Source: an uncultured Collinsella sp.
GTDB lineage: Bacteria > Actinomycetota > Coriobacteriia > Coriobacteriales > Coriobacteriaceae
Direction: 5' to 3'
Assembly: GCA_902464645.1 (NCBI GenBank)
Contig: CABQKL010000001.1
Location: 2,387-66,386, forward strand
DNA: 64,000 bases
Position numbers and translations under genes: made by a program. The notes under the pieces are model-generated. The model saw only the letters and a program-made list of their open reading frames with translations, was not told the DNA's origin and searched no databases. Each line of letters opens with the position of its first letter. Position 1 is the first letter of the stretch. Shown one piece after another: positions 1-10,138 of this stretch.

Positions 1-1065
1 ACGTGGCATCGACGGCGTCGCGAAACGCGCAGGGTCCAAATCGCCCAACGCAAGCGGTGTGGGCGGGTTGAGGGCACCGCCCGCATGTCCGATGCAGCCC
101 AGCAGCACATCGACCAAACAGATAGCGCGCGCCGTCTGCGTACTGTTGGCATACGCGATACCGATGCCGCCATGAAAGCCCGCATCCACCACGGCGGCAG
201 GCGCGGCGGCAGCCAGATCGCGCGCCGTGGCGACAATCTCTTCGGCCGGCACGTCGGACATCGACTCAGCCCACTCGGGCATCCAAGCACTGGCCGCCTG
301 CGCCAGCTCATCAAAGCCCGTGGTATAGCGGGCAACGAACTCGTGATCGTACAGACCCTCGGCAATCAACACGTGTGCGATACCCAGCAGCAACGCCAGA
401 TCGCATCCGGGACGCACGCGGAGCCAGCGATCGGCAATAGCAGCCGAACCGCTGCGCCGAGGGTCAACCACGATGATTTTCGCCCCACGCCGGCGCGCGT
501 CGTTGAGCGCATCGACCGACCCCATCGACGACGAATCCACCAAGGAACGCCCCAGGTACATGATGCAGTCGGTATGCGCAAGGTCGGAGGCGGGACTATA
601 GCCCAGGCTGTGCTCCCAACCGGTAAGTCGGCTTACCTCGCAGGCACCGTCGGCACCGTACACGTTGGGCGAGCCCAGCGCATGCATAAAACGATAGGCC
701 CAGTAGCGGTCGAACGAGGGCACGCCGAGTGTCATGCCCAGCGCACGAGGCCCGCGCTCGTCAACAATCCCCAAAAGGCGCTCGGCAATCTGGGCAAACG
801 CCTCATCCCAGGAAATCGCATCAAACCCCGAGCCATCAGCTCGGCGGCGCATGGGATGCAAAATCCGGTCGCGCTCGTCAAACGGCATGTCCAGGCGATG
901 CCGCCCGCGGGCGCACAGGGCACGCGCCGCGCACGGATGCCCCGGCACCGGCAACTCGGCCACCACGCGACCGTCCTCAACGCGTGCCGCAAAGGCGCAA
1001 TCGGCATAGCATCCCCCGCATGCAGTCACCACGGCGCGACCGTCACGCTTCACAGCAGATGCCAT
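1..1065 (-). CDS. Molybdopterin (bis-MGD) oxidoreductase catalytic subunit, Psr/Phs-like; 3' end lies outside the window
   Basis: Not in the ORF track because it has no stop in the window. Manual translation from ATG 1065 (SD AAAGGGG): MASAVKRDGRAVVTACGGCYADC...LCARG...HPMRR...ISWDEA...GSPNVYGADGAC...VVDPR...RPGCDLALLLG. Has the N-terminal 4Fe-4S motif and DMSO-reductase-family motifs; no Tat signal. Confidence 0.9.
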   Translation of the reverse strand, partial: MASAVKRDGRAVVTACGGCYADCAFAARVEDGRVVAELPVPGHPCAARALCARGRHRLDMPFDERDRILHPMRRRADGSGFDAISWDEAFAQIAERLLGIVDERGPRALGMTLGVPSFDRYWAYRFMHALGSPNVYGADGACEVSRLTGWEHSLGYSPASDLAHTDCIMYLGRSLVDSSSMGSVDALNDARRRGAKIIVVDPRRSGSAAIADRWLRVRPGCDLALLLGIAHVLIAEGLYDHEFVARYTTGFDELAQAASAWMPEWAESMSDVPAEEIVATARDLAAAAPAAVVDAGFHGGIGIAYANSTQTARAICLVDVLLGCIGHAGGALNPPTPLALGDLDPARFATPSMPR

Positions 1066-1187
1066 CTCGATTACCCCTTTCATCAGCCAAACACAGCAGG
1101 CCAAAAGCCCGGCAACGAGTCCCGGACCCAAAAAGCCTCCCGCACGGCAACGCCCCGCGGGAGGCCCAACGTCAAACAGACGATACC

Positions 1188-2027
1188 TTACGCCTCGGAC
1201 TTCTTGGCGTAGATAAACCAGTAGCCGAGCGCGACCAGAACCGCGCCGCCCACGATGTTGCCCAGCGTGGCAGCGGACAGGTTAAACGCAATGCCCGCGG
1301 CGTTGAGCGCATCGGCGCCGGCGACCTTGGCACCGTAGCCGCATGCATGCATCACGGCGCCCATGGGCAAAAAGTACATGTTGGCGACGCAGTGCTCAAA
1401 ACCGCAGGCCACAAAGGCGGCGATGGGCAGCAGAATGCCCACGACCTTATCGACCACGGTCTTGCCGGCGGTACCGATCCACACGGCCAGGCACACAAAG
1501 ATGTTGCACAGGATGCCGCGGAAGAAGATCGTCACCCAGTCGATCGTCACCTTGCCGGCGGCGACGCTCACCATGGAATTGGCGACCGCCTCGCCGTTGA
1601 GCTTGTAAATGCCGGCCATGTACACCAAAAAGACGATGAACAGGGCACCGACAAAATTGCCGACCCACACGACGACCCAGGCCTTGAGCATCTGAGCCAG
1701 GGTGATCTTTTTGCTCTTGAGCGCGCAGACCATAAGCGAATTGCCGGTAAACAGCTCGGCGCCGCACACCAGCACCAGCACCAGGCCCAGGCAAAAGCAC
1801 AGGCCGCCCACGACGCGCTGGGCACCCCAGCCCAGCGTGCCGTCGCTCAAAAACACCGTAAAGAACAGGCCGCCGAAGGCGATAAACGCACCGGCGAACA
1901 TTGCCAACAGAAAGGCCTTAGCGACCGGCAGGTTGGCCTTGGTCACGCCGGCGGCCTCGGTCTTGGCCTCGATCGCGGCGGGCGCCAGGCAATCGGGAGC
2001 GGGGTACTCCACCTTGGAATCTGCCAT
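1188..2027 (-). CDS. focA: Formate/nitrite transporter (FNT family)
   Basis: AGAFIAFGG, ELFTGN, GILCN, GFEHCVANM and GNIVGG motifs; lies at the end of the FHL operon; start taken at MADSK. Confidence 0.93.
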   Translation of the reverse strand: MADSKVEYPAPDCLAPAAIEAKTEAAGVTKANLPVAKAFLLAMFAGAFIAFGGLFFTVFLSDGTLGWGAQRVVGGLCFCLGLVLVLVCGAELFTGNSLMVCALKSKKITLAQMLKAWVVVWVGNFVGALFIVFLVYMAGIYKLNGEAVANSMVSVAAGKVTIDWVTIFFRGILCNIFVCLAVWIGTAGKTVVDKVVGILLPIAAFVACGFEHCVANMYFLPMGAVMHACGYGAKVAGADALNAAGIAFNLSAATLGNIVGGAVLVALGYWFIYAKKSEA

Positions 2028-2066
2028 GTCAATCACTTCTTTCCTATTCAGCAGGGGCAAGCGCTG

Positions 2067-2570
2067 CTATAGCTCCTGCCCCAAGCGGACAAAGTGGGAA
2101 AAGTCGTTGGCGGCCACGGCGTCGTACACGGCGTCGACGGCCCCAAAGACCTCCGGGGACATGGGGTTATAGAACTCCGTATCGCCCGGCTGAATCCCTA
2201 TGAAGACGATATCTTCGCACGATTGCTCAATCTCTTCGATCAGAATCGACAAGGGAAGCGAATGCGTGGTGAACATCGACTTGCGGGCCACATCACGTTT
2301 GTCGAGCAAGCGGATGGCACCGACGGGCAGCGCCATGTCAGAGGCATCGACCAAGACCAGGCGAGGCGGACGCTCGCGCTTGACCTCGATGATGTCATCC
2401 TCGGGCGTCTGACCGCCATCGATGGTGTACCAGCCGGCAATGGGCGCGTCCTCCATCTTTTTGGAGAGCACGGGGCCGGCGGCATCGTCGGCACGCAGCA
2501 CGCTTCCTGCCGTGAGCACGATACCCGCAAACGGGGCGCCGTTCACACGTCCATCCACAACGCGACCCAT
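2067..2570 (-). CDS. hycI: Hydrogenase maturation endopeptidase
   Basis: GSVLRADDAAGP, GGQTPE, VDA and TTHSLPL motifs. Confidence 0.9.
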   Translation of the reverse strand: MGRVVDGRVNGAPFAGIVLTAGSVLRADDAAGPVLSKKMEDAPIAGWYTIDGGQTPEDDIIEVKRERPPRLVLVDASDMALPVGAIRLLDKRDVARKSMFTTHSLPLSILIEEIEQSCEDIVFIGIQPGDTEFYNPMSPEVFGAVDAVYDAVAANDFSHFVRLGQEL

Positions 2571-3151
2571 TACTGCAACCTCCCCGTCAGATACACGCCC
2601 GACACATCGCGCACGCGCTCAACCAGATCGCGAAACTTCATTAAGAACGCGACCTGCTGGGCATGCAGGCCAAAGTCGTCGTCGAACACCGAGATGCCGG
2701 CCTTGGCCGAGCCGCGAAAACCGCGCTCGTCGAGCAGCATATCGCAGGCCTCGAGCAGCGACGGCACCGCCGCCTTGTCGAGCTGGCACTCGCCAAAGGA
2801 GCGGATGGCCTCGAACTTGGTCTTGGCCTCCCCCTCCGGCAACGCATCGACGAGCGAATAGAACACATCCACCGGCACCGACAGGCGCGGCTCAAAGCAG
2901 TCGAGCACGCCGGTGTGGTGGCCCACGGCGAGCGTGTAGTACAGCACGTCGCAGGCCTCCTGGGGAACGTCTTCCTCGGTCTCCACAAACTTACGCGTGA
3001 GCTCGTAAAAGACCACCTGGTCGGGCGCATGGCCCAGGCAGGGGTCGGCGACGCCCTCGGCGGCCTCGTCGCTTGCGCGCGAGGCATCGCCAAAAGAGCC
3101 GCCGAGCATACCGGGGCCCGCAAAGTAACCAGAGCGGTCCGTGAGTTCCAT
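2570..3151 (-). CDS. hycH: Formate hydrogenlyase maturation protein HycH/HyfJ
   Basis: VVFYELTRKFV and YYTLAVGHHTGVLDC motifs; operon position. Confidence 0.88.
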   Translation of the reverse strand: MELTDRSGYFAGPGMLGGSFGDASRASDEAAEGVADPCLGHAPDQVVFYELTRKFVETEEDVPQEACDVLYYTLAVGHHTGVLDCFEPRLSVPVDVFYSLVDALPEGEAKTKFEAIRSFGECQLDKAAVPSLLEACDMLLDERGFRGSAKAGISVFDDDFGLHAQQVAFLMKFRDLVERVRDVSGVYLTGRLQ

Positions 3152-3934
3152 CTAACGGCCTCCGGCCAGCACCAGATCCTGCAGCGCCGAGTAGACCTCA
3201 ACACGACGAGGATCATCTTGCTTGTCGATGAGGAGCGCCATGGCACCGCGGATATCGCCCTTGGGCGCGCCCTCGAGCGTATCCATAAACTCGTTGGCCA
3301 GGTCGCGGCCGTAACGGTAGCCGCTCATGGCGCGAGCCTCACGCTCGATGGCCACACGCAGCTTGTACGGCACGCCGGGGTGCAGGATATCGGCCTGCTC
3401 GCCGGCGGCCTCCACCGTGGTCTCGGCATGGAGCTTTTGGTCCAGCAGGCCAAGTGCCATGGCAAAGCCGTAGACGGTCTGCGCGGGGCTGGGCGGGCAG
3501 CCGGGGATATAGACATCGACCGGCAAGATCTTGTCCGTGCCGCCCCAGACGCAGTAGTTGTCGTAGAAGATGCCGCCGGTGCAGCCGCACGCGCCATAGG
3601 ACACCACGATCTTGGGATCGGGTGCGGCCTCAAAGGCGCGCAGGGCCGGCATGCGCATGGCACGCGTCACGGCACCGGTGTACAGCAGCACATCGGCGTG
3701 ACGGGGCGAGGGCACGACCTTGATGCCAAAGCGCTCGACGTCGAAGACGGGCGTGATGGAACCGAAGATCTCGATCTCGCAGCCGTTACAGCCGCCGCAG
3801 TCAACACGGTAGACGTACACCGAGCGCTTGATCTTCTTAAGAAGGGTCGCCTTGGCCTTCTCGATGCTCTCGTCGAGCTCGATCTTGGTCGGGCGGTACT
3901 GAAGCCGCTCGGGCAAAAGCGTGGGTTCGGCCAT
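3152..3934 (-). CDS. hycG: [NiFe] hydrogenase small subunit (NuoB-like), HycG/HyfI
   Basis: DCGGCNGCEIE, SPRHAD, GACGCTGG and PGCPP motifs. Confidence 0.95.
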   Translation of the reverse strand: MAEPTLLPERLQYRPTKIELDESIEKAKATLLKKIKRSVYVYRVDCGGCNGCEIEIFGSITPVFDVERFGIKVVPSPRHADVLLYTGAVTRAMRMPALRAFEAAPDPKIVVSYGACGCTGGIFYDNYCVWGGTDKILPVDVYIPGCPPSPAQTVYGFAMALGLLDQKLHAETTVEAAGEQADILHPGVPYKLRVAIEREARAMSGYRYGRDLANEFMDTLEGAPKGDIRGAMALLIDKQDDPRRVEVYSALQDLVLAGGR

Positions 3935-3936
3935 GG

Positions 3937-4653
3937 TTACTCCTCCTTCGTTTCAAAATCCATGATGATGCCCTCGACCGGCGCCGGACCGGCGGGAATC
4001 TCGGGCGCATCGGGGTTGAGCTCGCGGTCGATATACTCCGGGTTCACGCCGTGGCCGCCCAGATACTCCATGCCGGGGCCCTGGGGCTCGCCGGACGCAA
4101 GCGTCTCGTTGGCAGCCATGCCGGCAGCGTTGCCGGTCTTTACGGCCGAGGCGGCGCGCAGGGCGTCGAGCTCGCGCTTGCACTCCTGGCACATACCGAC
4201 GGTACGGGCGGCCTGCTCGGCCTCCATGCCGCCGGCCTTTTGCAACAGGCGCTTAGCGTAGTCGATTTCCTTGTGCGGGGCAAACGGCTTGCCGCAGCGC
4301 GAGCAGTGCTCGAGCGTGTAGACGCTCTTGCTGGTGAGGTCGTCTTTGCTCATGACGGCCAGCTCAAACTCCTCGGTGAGCTTGATGGCCTCCATGGGGC
4401 AGGCCTCCTCGCAGCGGCCGCAGAAGATGCAGCGACCGTAGTCGATCGACCAGGTGATGGTATCGTCCGCAAGGTCGGTGTCCATACGAATGGCATCGGC
4501 CGGGCACGCCACGCCGCAGGCACCGCAGGCGATGCAGAGCTCGGCATTGTGCTCGGGCTTGCCGCGCATGTCCTTGTTGGTGGGAAACGGCGCAAACGGG
4601 TACTTGACCGTCGCGTCGCCGGCCTTGGCGTTAACCTTCCAAAGCTTCAGCAT
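3937..4653 (-). CDS. hycF: FHL iron-sulfur subunit (NuoI-like), HycF/HyfH
   Basis: Two CxxCxxCxxxCP motifs plus CSRC...CQEC; start at MLKLWK. Confidence 0.92.
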   Translation of the reverse strand: MLKLWKVNAKAGDATVKYPFAPFPTNKDMRGKPEHNAELCIACGACGVACPADAIRMDTDLADDTITWSIDYGRCIFCGRCEEACPMEAIKLTEEFELAVMSKDDLTSKSVYTLEHCSRCGKPFAPHKEIDYAKRLLQKAGGMEAEQAARTVGMCQECKRELDALRAASAVKTGNAAGMAANETLASGEPQGPGMEYLGGHGVNPEYIDRELNPDAPEIPAGPAPVEGIIMDFETKEE

Positions 4654-4654
4654 A

Positions 4655-6427
4655 TTAGAGCGCCTCCTCATCGAGCGGGGCGGCCATGGTGCCCTCGCCC
4701 GCAAGCGGCGACTTGTCGCGCCAGACGTTTTCGAACTGCTCCTTGTCGAGCACGTGGTCGCGCTTGGCGGCGACATCGGTCACCGTCACGCGGTCGGTGC
4801 AGGAGTAGCACGGGTCGAGCGAACCGACGATCAGCGCAGCGTCGCCCACGGTGTTGCCGCGGAACATGTAGCGCAGGACCGGCCAGTTGCTGTACGTGGC
4901 CGCCTTGGCGCGCCAGCGGTAGCACTTCTGGTTGTTGCCGAGCATGGCCCAGTGCACGTCCTCGCCGCGCGGCGCCTCGGTGGCGCCGATGGCGTACTTG
5001 TGCGGGGTGTACTCCCAATCCGTGGTGAGGATGGGGCCCGACGGGCAGTTCTCGAGCATGGTCTCGATCATGTCGATCGAATCGTAGACCTCCTGGATGC
5101 GAACGGCGGTACGGCCGAAGGCATCGCAGGTGTCGGCCGTAGCGGCGTGCATCTTTTGAACGTCCGGATCGGCGTAGCCGTCGAAGGGATGGTCAAAGCG
5201 CACGTCGCGGGCATAGCCAGAGCCACGCATGAGCGGGCCGACCGGCGAAAAGTCGCGAGCGATCTTACGGTCGAGAATGCCGATGCCGCTCGTGCGCTCA
5301 ATAAAGTTGGGCGTGGAGAGCAAAACGTCGACGAGCTCCTGGACCTCGGAGCGCAGCTGATGGATGGTCGTGAGCGTGGAGAGCTTCTGCTCGGCCAGGA
5401 TGTCGCGACGCACGCCACCGATCACATTGAGGCCATAGGTCTTACGGTGGCCGGAGAGTTTCTCGGCCAGGTCCATGGACTTCTCGCGAACGCGGAAGAA
5501 CTGCTGGAAGCCGGAATCGAAGCCGGTGTAGTGCGATGCGAGGCCAATGTTGAGCAGGTGCGAGTGCAGGCGCTCGACCTCGAGCATGATGGCGCGGATG
5601 TACTGCGCGCGCGGCGGGACGTGAATGCCCTGGGCGCGCTCGACAGCCTCGGCGTAGGCCACCGAGTGGGCGCAGCCGCAGATGCCGCAGATGCGGTCGG
5701 CAAGGAACGTGACGGCATCATAGTTCAGGCGCGTCTCGGCGACCTTCTCCATGCCGCGGTGCACGTAGAACAGACGATAGTCGGCGTCGACGATCGTCTC
5801 GCCCTCGACGAACAGGCGGAAGTGGCCGGGCTCGTCGGAGGTAATGTGCAGCGGGCCCATGGGGACGAGCGTGGTCTCCTTGCCCTTGGTGTCGGCCAAG
5901 AACTCGTAGTTTTCCATGTCGCTCGCGGGAGCGGGACGGAAACGGTAATCCATCGAATCCTTGCGCAACGGGTACAGCCCGCTGGGCCAATCATCGGGCA
6001 GCACGAGGCGACGACGGTCGGGCAGACCCTCGGGGATCAGGCCGAACATGTCGCGCAGCTCGCGCTCGCCCCACACGCAGGCGGGGACGAACGGCGTCAC
6101 GGACGGGAACGTCATCTTGGCGGGATCGACCTCGGTGCGCACGGTCACCCAGCCGGGATCCTCCCCCTCCATGGAGATGACGTAGTACACGGCGTAACGG
6201 CCGCACAGGCTGCGCTCATCGTTGCCGATGATCACGGGAATCCAGCCGTAGCGCTCGTAGTACAGGTAGTGGACGGCCTCGGGCAGCTTGTCCTGCTTGA
6301 CGGTAATCGTCAGCTGGTCCTCGCACTGCCACTCAACCTTCTCGATAGCGCCCGGCACTGCGGCGCGCAGGGCCTCGACGTGGCTTTCGCAACGACGAGC
6401 GTAGTCCTTCTTTTCAGGTTCTGCCAT
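4655..6427 (-). CDS. hycE: Group 4 [NiFe] hydrogenase large subunit (NuoCD-like), HycE/HyfG
   Basis: L1 motif RICGICG, L2 motif DPCYSCTDR followed by a cleavable C-terminal extension; GPLHITSDEPGHF. Confidence 0.97.
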   Translation of the reverse strand: MAEPEKKDYARRCESHVEALRAAVPGAIEKVEWQCEDQLTITVKQDKLPEAVHYLYYERYGWIPVIIGNDERSLCGRYAVYYVISMEGEDPGWVTVRTEVDPAKMTFPSVTPFVPACVWGERELRDMFGLIPEGLPDRRRLVLPDDWPSGLYPLRKDSMDYRFRPAPASDMENYEFLADTKGKETTLVPMGPLHITSDEPGHFRLFVEGETIVDADYRLFYVHRGMEKVAETRLNYDAVTFLADRICGICGCAHSVAYAEAVERAQGIHVPPRAQYIRAIMLEVERLHSHLLNIGLASHYTGFDSGFQQFFRVREKSMDLAEKLSGHRKTYGLNVIGGVRRDILAEQKLSTLTTIHQLRSEVQELVDVLLSTPNFIERTSGIGILDRKIARDFSPVGPLMRGSGYARDVRFDHPFDGYADPDVQKMHAATADTCDAFGRTAVRIQEVYDSIDMIETMLENCPSGPILTTDWEYTPHKYAIGATEAPRGEDVHWAMLGNNQKCYRWRAKAATYSNWPVLRYMFRGNTVGDAALIVGSLDPCYSCTDRVTVTDVAAKRDHVLDKEQFENVWRDKSPLAGEGTMAAPLDEEAL

Positions 6428-6431
6428 GGTG

Positions 6432-7997
6432 CTAATTCACCTCGCTTGTCTTGGTCTGGGAACTGAACACCATGCGGTAGAGAGGAGCCTCGTGGAGCTC
6501 TTCGACGCTCTGGTTCAAAACGACGGACGTTGCATCCTCGACGCCGCTCGTGATGGCGACCGGGGTGGCGATACCGAACCACATGACCACGATCGCGAGG
6601 GCGATCTCGGGGATGATCATGAGGGCGGGCACCTCGTGGCGCTTCATGCCCTCGGGCGCCTTGCCGAAGATGGACTTGAGCGCGATGCCGGTAAGGGCAA
6701 AGTACACGCCGGTGAGGCCAGTGGCCACGAGCACGACCACCCAGATGGGACCGGACTGGACGCCGGCCACGAAGGTGAGGAACTCGGAGATGAACAGGGC
6801 GAACGGCGGGAAGGCGGCGAGCGCGAGCAGGGCGATGATGGTGAGCGCTGCCGTGACGGGAGCGATCTCGACGACGCCCTTGATCTTGTTCAGGTCGCGG
6901 GTGTGGTAGATGTGCTGGATGTTACCGGCCATGCAGAAGGCGAGCGCCTTCGTGAAACCGTGGAAGATGCAGTGCAGCAGGCAGGCGGCGATACCGAGCG
7001 GACCACCGATACCCAGGCACAGCGCGACCACGCCGACGTTGTCGACGGAGGAGTACGCGAAGCGGCGCTTGATATCGTCCTGCTTAAAGATGCACAGGGC
7101 GGCCACCAGGATGGACAGCGTGCCCAGGATGAGCAGGAGCGTACGCGGATAGGTGTCGCCCACCGTGATGATGGACAGGGAGTAGAAGCGGATGATCACC
7201 AGCATGGCGCACTTGAGCAGCACGCCCGAGAGCAGCGCGGAGACCGGGCTCGGAGCCTGGGAGTGCGCGTCGGGCAGCCAAGTGTGCATGGGAAACAGGC
7301 CCGCCTTGGTGCCGAAGCCGATGACGATGAACGCGAACGCGAGGCGCACGAGCATCGGGTCGAACTGGTCGGCGTAGGGCATGATGGAGGTGAGGAAGGC
7401 TGCCTCATGCGCGTTGGGCATGATATCGGCGGCGTTCGCGTAGATGAGCAGCGTGCCGAACAGGCCGAAGGCCACGCCGGCGGTGCAGACCATCGCGTAC
7501 TTCCAAGACGCCTCGAGCGCCTGCTTGTTCTTGTAGATGCCCACGAGGAACACGGTCGACAGCGTGGTGGCCTCGACCGCCGCCCAGGTGAGGATGATGT
7601 TGTTGGACAGGCAGGCGAGCAGCATCGTGAAAACGAACAGGCTAAACAGCGCGTAGTACTGCTTGGTGCGCTCGGCCGGCATGGTCTTCTCCTCGATATC
7701 GATCTTGATATAGGAGATGGAGTACACGCCGGTGATGAACCCGATGATGCCTACCAGAAGGACGAAGATCGACGAGAGCGAATCGAGATGGAGCCACAGG
7801 CCCAAAGCGTCGATATTCTGCCCGCTCGAGAGCATGGTTCCCGCGGTGACGACCGAAAGGACGAGGGTCGCCGCGACGGAGATGGTGTTGAGCCCCGCAA
7901 AGACGCTGTAGGACGTCGTCTTGGGGAGCGCAGCCATAATCAGGGAGAACACGAGGGGACAAGCGAGCAGGGCGACCGTCAGCATTGAAACATCCAT
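6432..7997 (-). CDS. hyfF: Hydrogenase-4 membrane subunit F (antiporter-like)
   Basis: EATTLST, LEASWKY and GTKAGLFPMHTWLPDAHSQAPSPVSALLSG motifs. Confidence 0.92.
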   Translation of the reverse strand: MDVSMLTVALLACPLVFSLIMAALPKTTSYSVFAGLNTISVAATLVLSVVTAGTMLSSGQNIDALGLWLHLDSLSSIFVLLVGIIGFITGVYSISYIKIDIEEKTMPAERTKQYYALFSLFVFTMLLACLSNNIILTWAAVEATTLSTVFLVGIYKNKQALEASWKYAMVCTAGVAFGLFGTLLIYANAADIMPNAHEAAFLTSIMPYADQFDPMLVRLAFAFIVIGFGTKAGLFPMHTWLPDAHSQAPSPVSALLSGVLLKCAMLVIIRFYSLSIITVGDTYPRTLLLILGTLSILVAALCIFKQDDIKRRFAYSSVDNVGVVALCLGIGGPLGIAACLLHCIFHGFTKALAFCMAGNIQHIYHTRDLNKIKGVVEIAPVTAALTIIALLALAAFPPFALFISEFLTFVAGVQSGPIWVVVLVATGLTGVYFALTGIALKSIFGKAPEGMKRHEVPALMIIPEIALAIVVMWFGIATPVAITSGVEDATSVVLNQSVEELHEAPLYRMVFSSQTKTSEVN

Positions 7998-8000
7998 GGC

Positions 8001-8654
8001 CTACCCCTTCAATTCGGTCAGGTCGTGGGAGTCGAGCGACTTGGTGTCGTTCCAGATCCTCACGACGACGGCGGACATGATGATGACGGCGAAAATGGCG
8101 TCGGTGGCGATGCCGATCTCGATGATCTCGGGGGCCGTGGGCGCGAGCAGGGCGAGCGTCACGTGGCTACCGTTCTCCATAAGGCAGTACCCGAAGATTT
8201 GCTTGAGGATGTTGCGCTGGGAGATGATGCACGTGAGGCCGACGAAGAAGTGCGCGAAGCTGATGGCGAGGGCCGGAGTAGCCACCTCAGCGGTGGGCAG
8301 GCTCAGGCGCGTGACCACCGCGAAGCAGATGGCCACCTCCAGACCGGTGAGGATGATGGTCCAGGCCGGCTTGATGGAGGAGGTCAGCGTGCTATCGGCA
8401 GGCGAACCCATCTTTTTGTAGGCACGGTTGAGAATGAACGGAACGAGGATCACCTTGGTGACGAAGGCCGACGCGGCCCACATGAGAAGCTCGGTGGCAC
8501 CGGTGGTGAGGCCCAGGGTGAGCAGCACGCCCACCAGGACAACCGACTGGATCGCGTACCACTTAATGGCGGACGGGATGGTCTTCGAGACGACCACCAT
8601 GGTGGAGGTCACGATCAGAAGACCGCCCAGGATATTGACTAACGAATAACCCAT
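8001..8654 (-). CDS. hyfE: Hydrogenase-4 membrane subunit E
   Basis: Hydrophobic 217 aa; RNILKQIFGYCLMENGSH motif. Confidence 0.92.
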   Translation of the reverse strand: MGYSLVNILGGLLIVTSTMVVVSKTIPSAIKWYAIQSVVLVGVLLTLGLTTGATELLMWAASAFVTKVILVPFILNRAYKKMGSPADSTLTSSIKPAWTIILTGLEVAICFAVVTRLSLPTAEVATPALAISFAHFFVGLTCIISQRNILKQIFGYCLMENGSHVTLALLAPTAPEIIEIGIATDAIFAVIIMSAVVVRIWNDTKSLDSHDLTELKG

Positions 8655-8664
8655 GTCCTACCTC

Positions 8665-10122
8665 CTAACCCATCCAACTAGAGGACAGAGGACCGGCGAC
8701 GACGACCATGATCATGAGGACGACGAACACGAACGCCATGGCGCGCGGAAGGGGCTGGCCGGCGGCCACGGTCTCGCTCGGCTCACCGGGCAGGACCTTA
8801 CCCATCCAACGCAGGAACCATGCGAAGGTGGCGACGGTCTCGACGACCATGACGCACACGAGGACGAAGATGACCGTGTTGGAAGCACCAACCGCGAAGC
8901 CACCGGAAATAATCTGGAACTTGGAGAAGAACGTGCTCATGGGGGGCACGCCGGCGATAGCGGTCGCGGCGACCGCGAAGCCCACGCCCGTGACCGGGTA
9001 CTTCTTCATGAGGCCCTGGATCTTGGGCAACATACGGGTTCCCAGCGTGAAGCTGAGGGAGCCGGCGATGAGGAAGAACAGGGTCTTGGTGAACGCGTGG
9101 TTGAAGATGTGCTCGACGGCGCCGTTGAACGCCATCTGGCTTCCGAACACGGAGAGGCCCAGGCCGAAGAACACGTAGGCGAGCTGCGCGATCGTCGAGA
9201 AGGCGAGCAGGCGCTTCATATCCTTCTGGGGCAGGTACATGAGGAAGCCGAAGAGCATGGTCACGACGGCGTCGATGATGGCGACCCAACCGACGATCTC
9301 GGGGATATCGCCGGCACTCGCAAGAGCGCGGGCGAACACGCACACGCCGACCTTCACCATGGACGCGCCATGGAGGTAGGCGGAAACGGGCGTGGGGGCC
9401 TCCATTGCGGAGGGCAGCCACATGTAGAGCGGGAACTGGGCGGACTTGGCCCAAGCGGCGAACAGGATGAGCAGCAGCACGACGGTCTTCATACCGGAAT
9501 CGAGCTGGGAGATCGCGCTCAGCGCGAACGTGCCGGTTCCGGCGAACAGGAAGGCCGCGCCGATGTAGAGTCCCAGAGCGCCGATATGGGTGATGATGAG
9601 CGCCTTCATACCGGCCTTCTTGGCCGTGGGCGTCATGTAGTAGCTGATGAGGCCCCAGGAGCACACGCCGGTGATCTCGAAGAAAACGAGCTGGCCGACG
9701 ATGGTGGAGCTGTAGGCGAGACCGGCCATGGCGCCGATGAACGTGGAGAAGTACACGTAGAAGCGGCGACGGGGCGCGTCGGGATGCTCCTTGTTCTTAT
9801 CGCTCATGTACGGGAACGAATAGATGACGACGAGCAGGCCGATAGCGACGAACGCGGGTGCGAGCAGCGTGCTCATCCGGTCGAATATGAAGCCCATGAC
9901 CAAGGTCTGGCCCATACTCGCCCAGGTTACATCGACCGCGTTCATGCCGTTTCCGGCAAACGTCGCGGCCAAGCCAACGGAAGCGACCGTGGCGATGCCG
10001 CCGGCAAAGGCGCAGATCCATTTAGCGTAGGGACGCGGCAGCATGACGATGAGCAGGGAGCCCAGCATGGGGACGGCGATCGCCACCATGGCAAAGAGGG
10101 ACAAGCTCGATTCGATTGACAT
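8665..10122 (-). CDS. hyfD: Hydrogenase-4 membrane subunit D (NuoL-like)
   Basis: KSAQFPLYMWLPSAMEAPTPVSAYLHGASMVKVG and NHAFTK motifs. Confidence 0.92.
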   Translation of the reverse strand: MSIESSLSLFAMVAIAVPMLGSLLIVMLPRPYAKWICAFAGGIATVASVGLAATFAGNGMNAVDVTWASMGQTLVMGFIFDRMSTLLAPAFVAIGLLVVIYSFPYMSDKNKEHPDAPRRRFYVYFSTFIGAMAGLAYSSTIVGQLVFFEITGVCSWGLISYYMTPTAKKAGMKALIITHIGALGLYIGAAFLFAGTGTFALSAISQLDSGMKTVVLLLILFAAWAKSAQFPLYMWLPSAMEAPTPVSAYLHGASMVKVGVCVFARALASAGDIPEIVGWVAIIDAVVTMLFGFLMYLPQKDMKRLLAFSTIAQLAYVFFGLGLSVFGSQMAFNGAVEHIFNHAFTKTLFFLIAGSLSFTLGTRMLPKIQGLMKKYPVTGVGFAVAATAIAGVPPMSTFFSKFQIISGGFAVGASNTVIFVLVCVMVVETVATFAWFLRWMGKVLPGEPSETVAAGQPLPRAMAFVFVVLMIMVVVAGPLSSSWMG

Positions 10123-10138
10123 AGTTTCTCCCTTCTCC

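Noticed and set aside
85..1212. 375-aa plus-strand ORF and the many other long antisense ORFs (e.g. 4454..6466, 6426..7988, 13796..15538, 47613..49445, 55603..57387)
   Set aside because: Shadow frames opposite well-supported genes, expected in high-GC DNA; no recognisable motifs.
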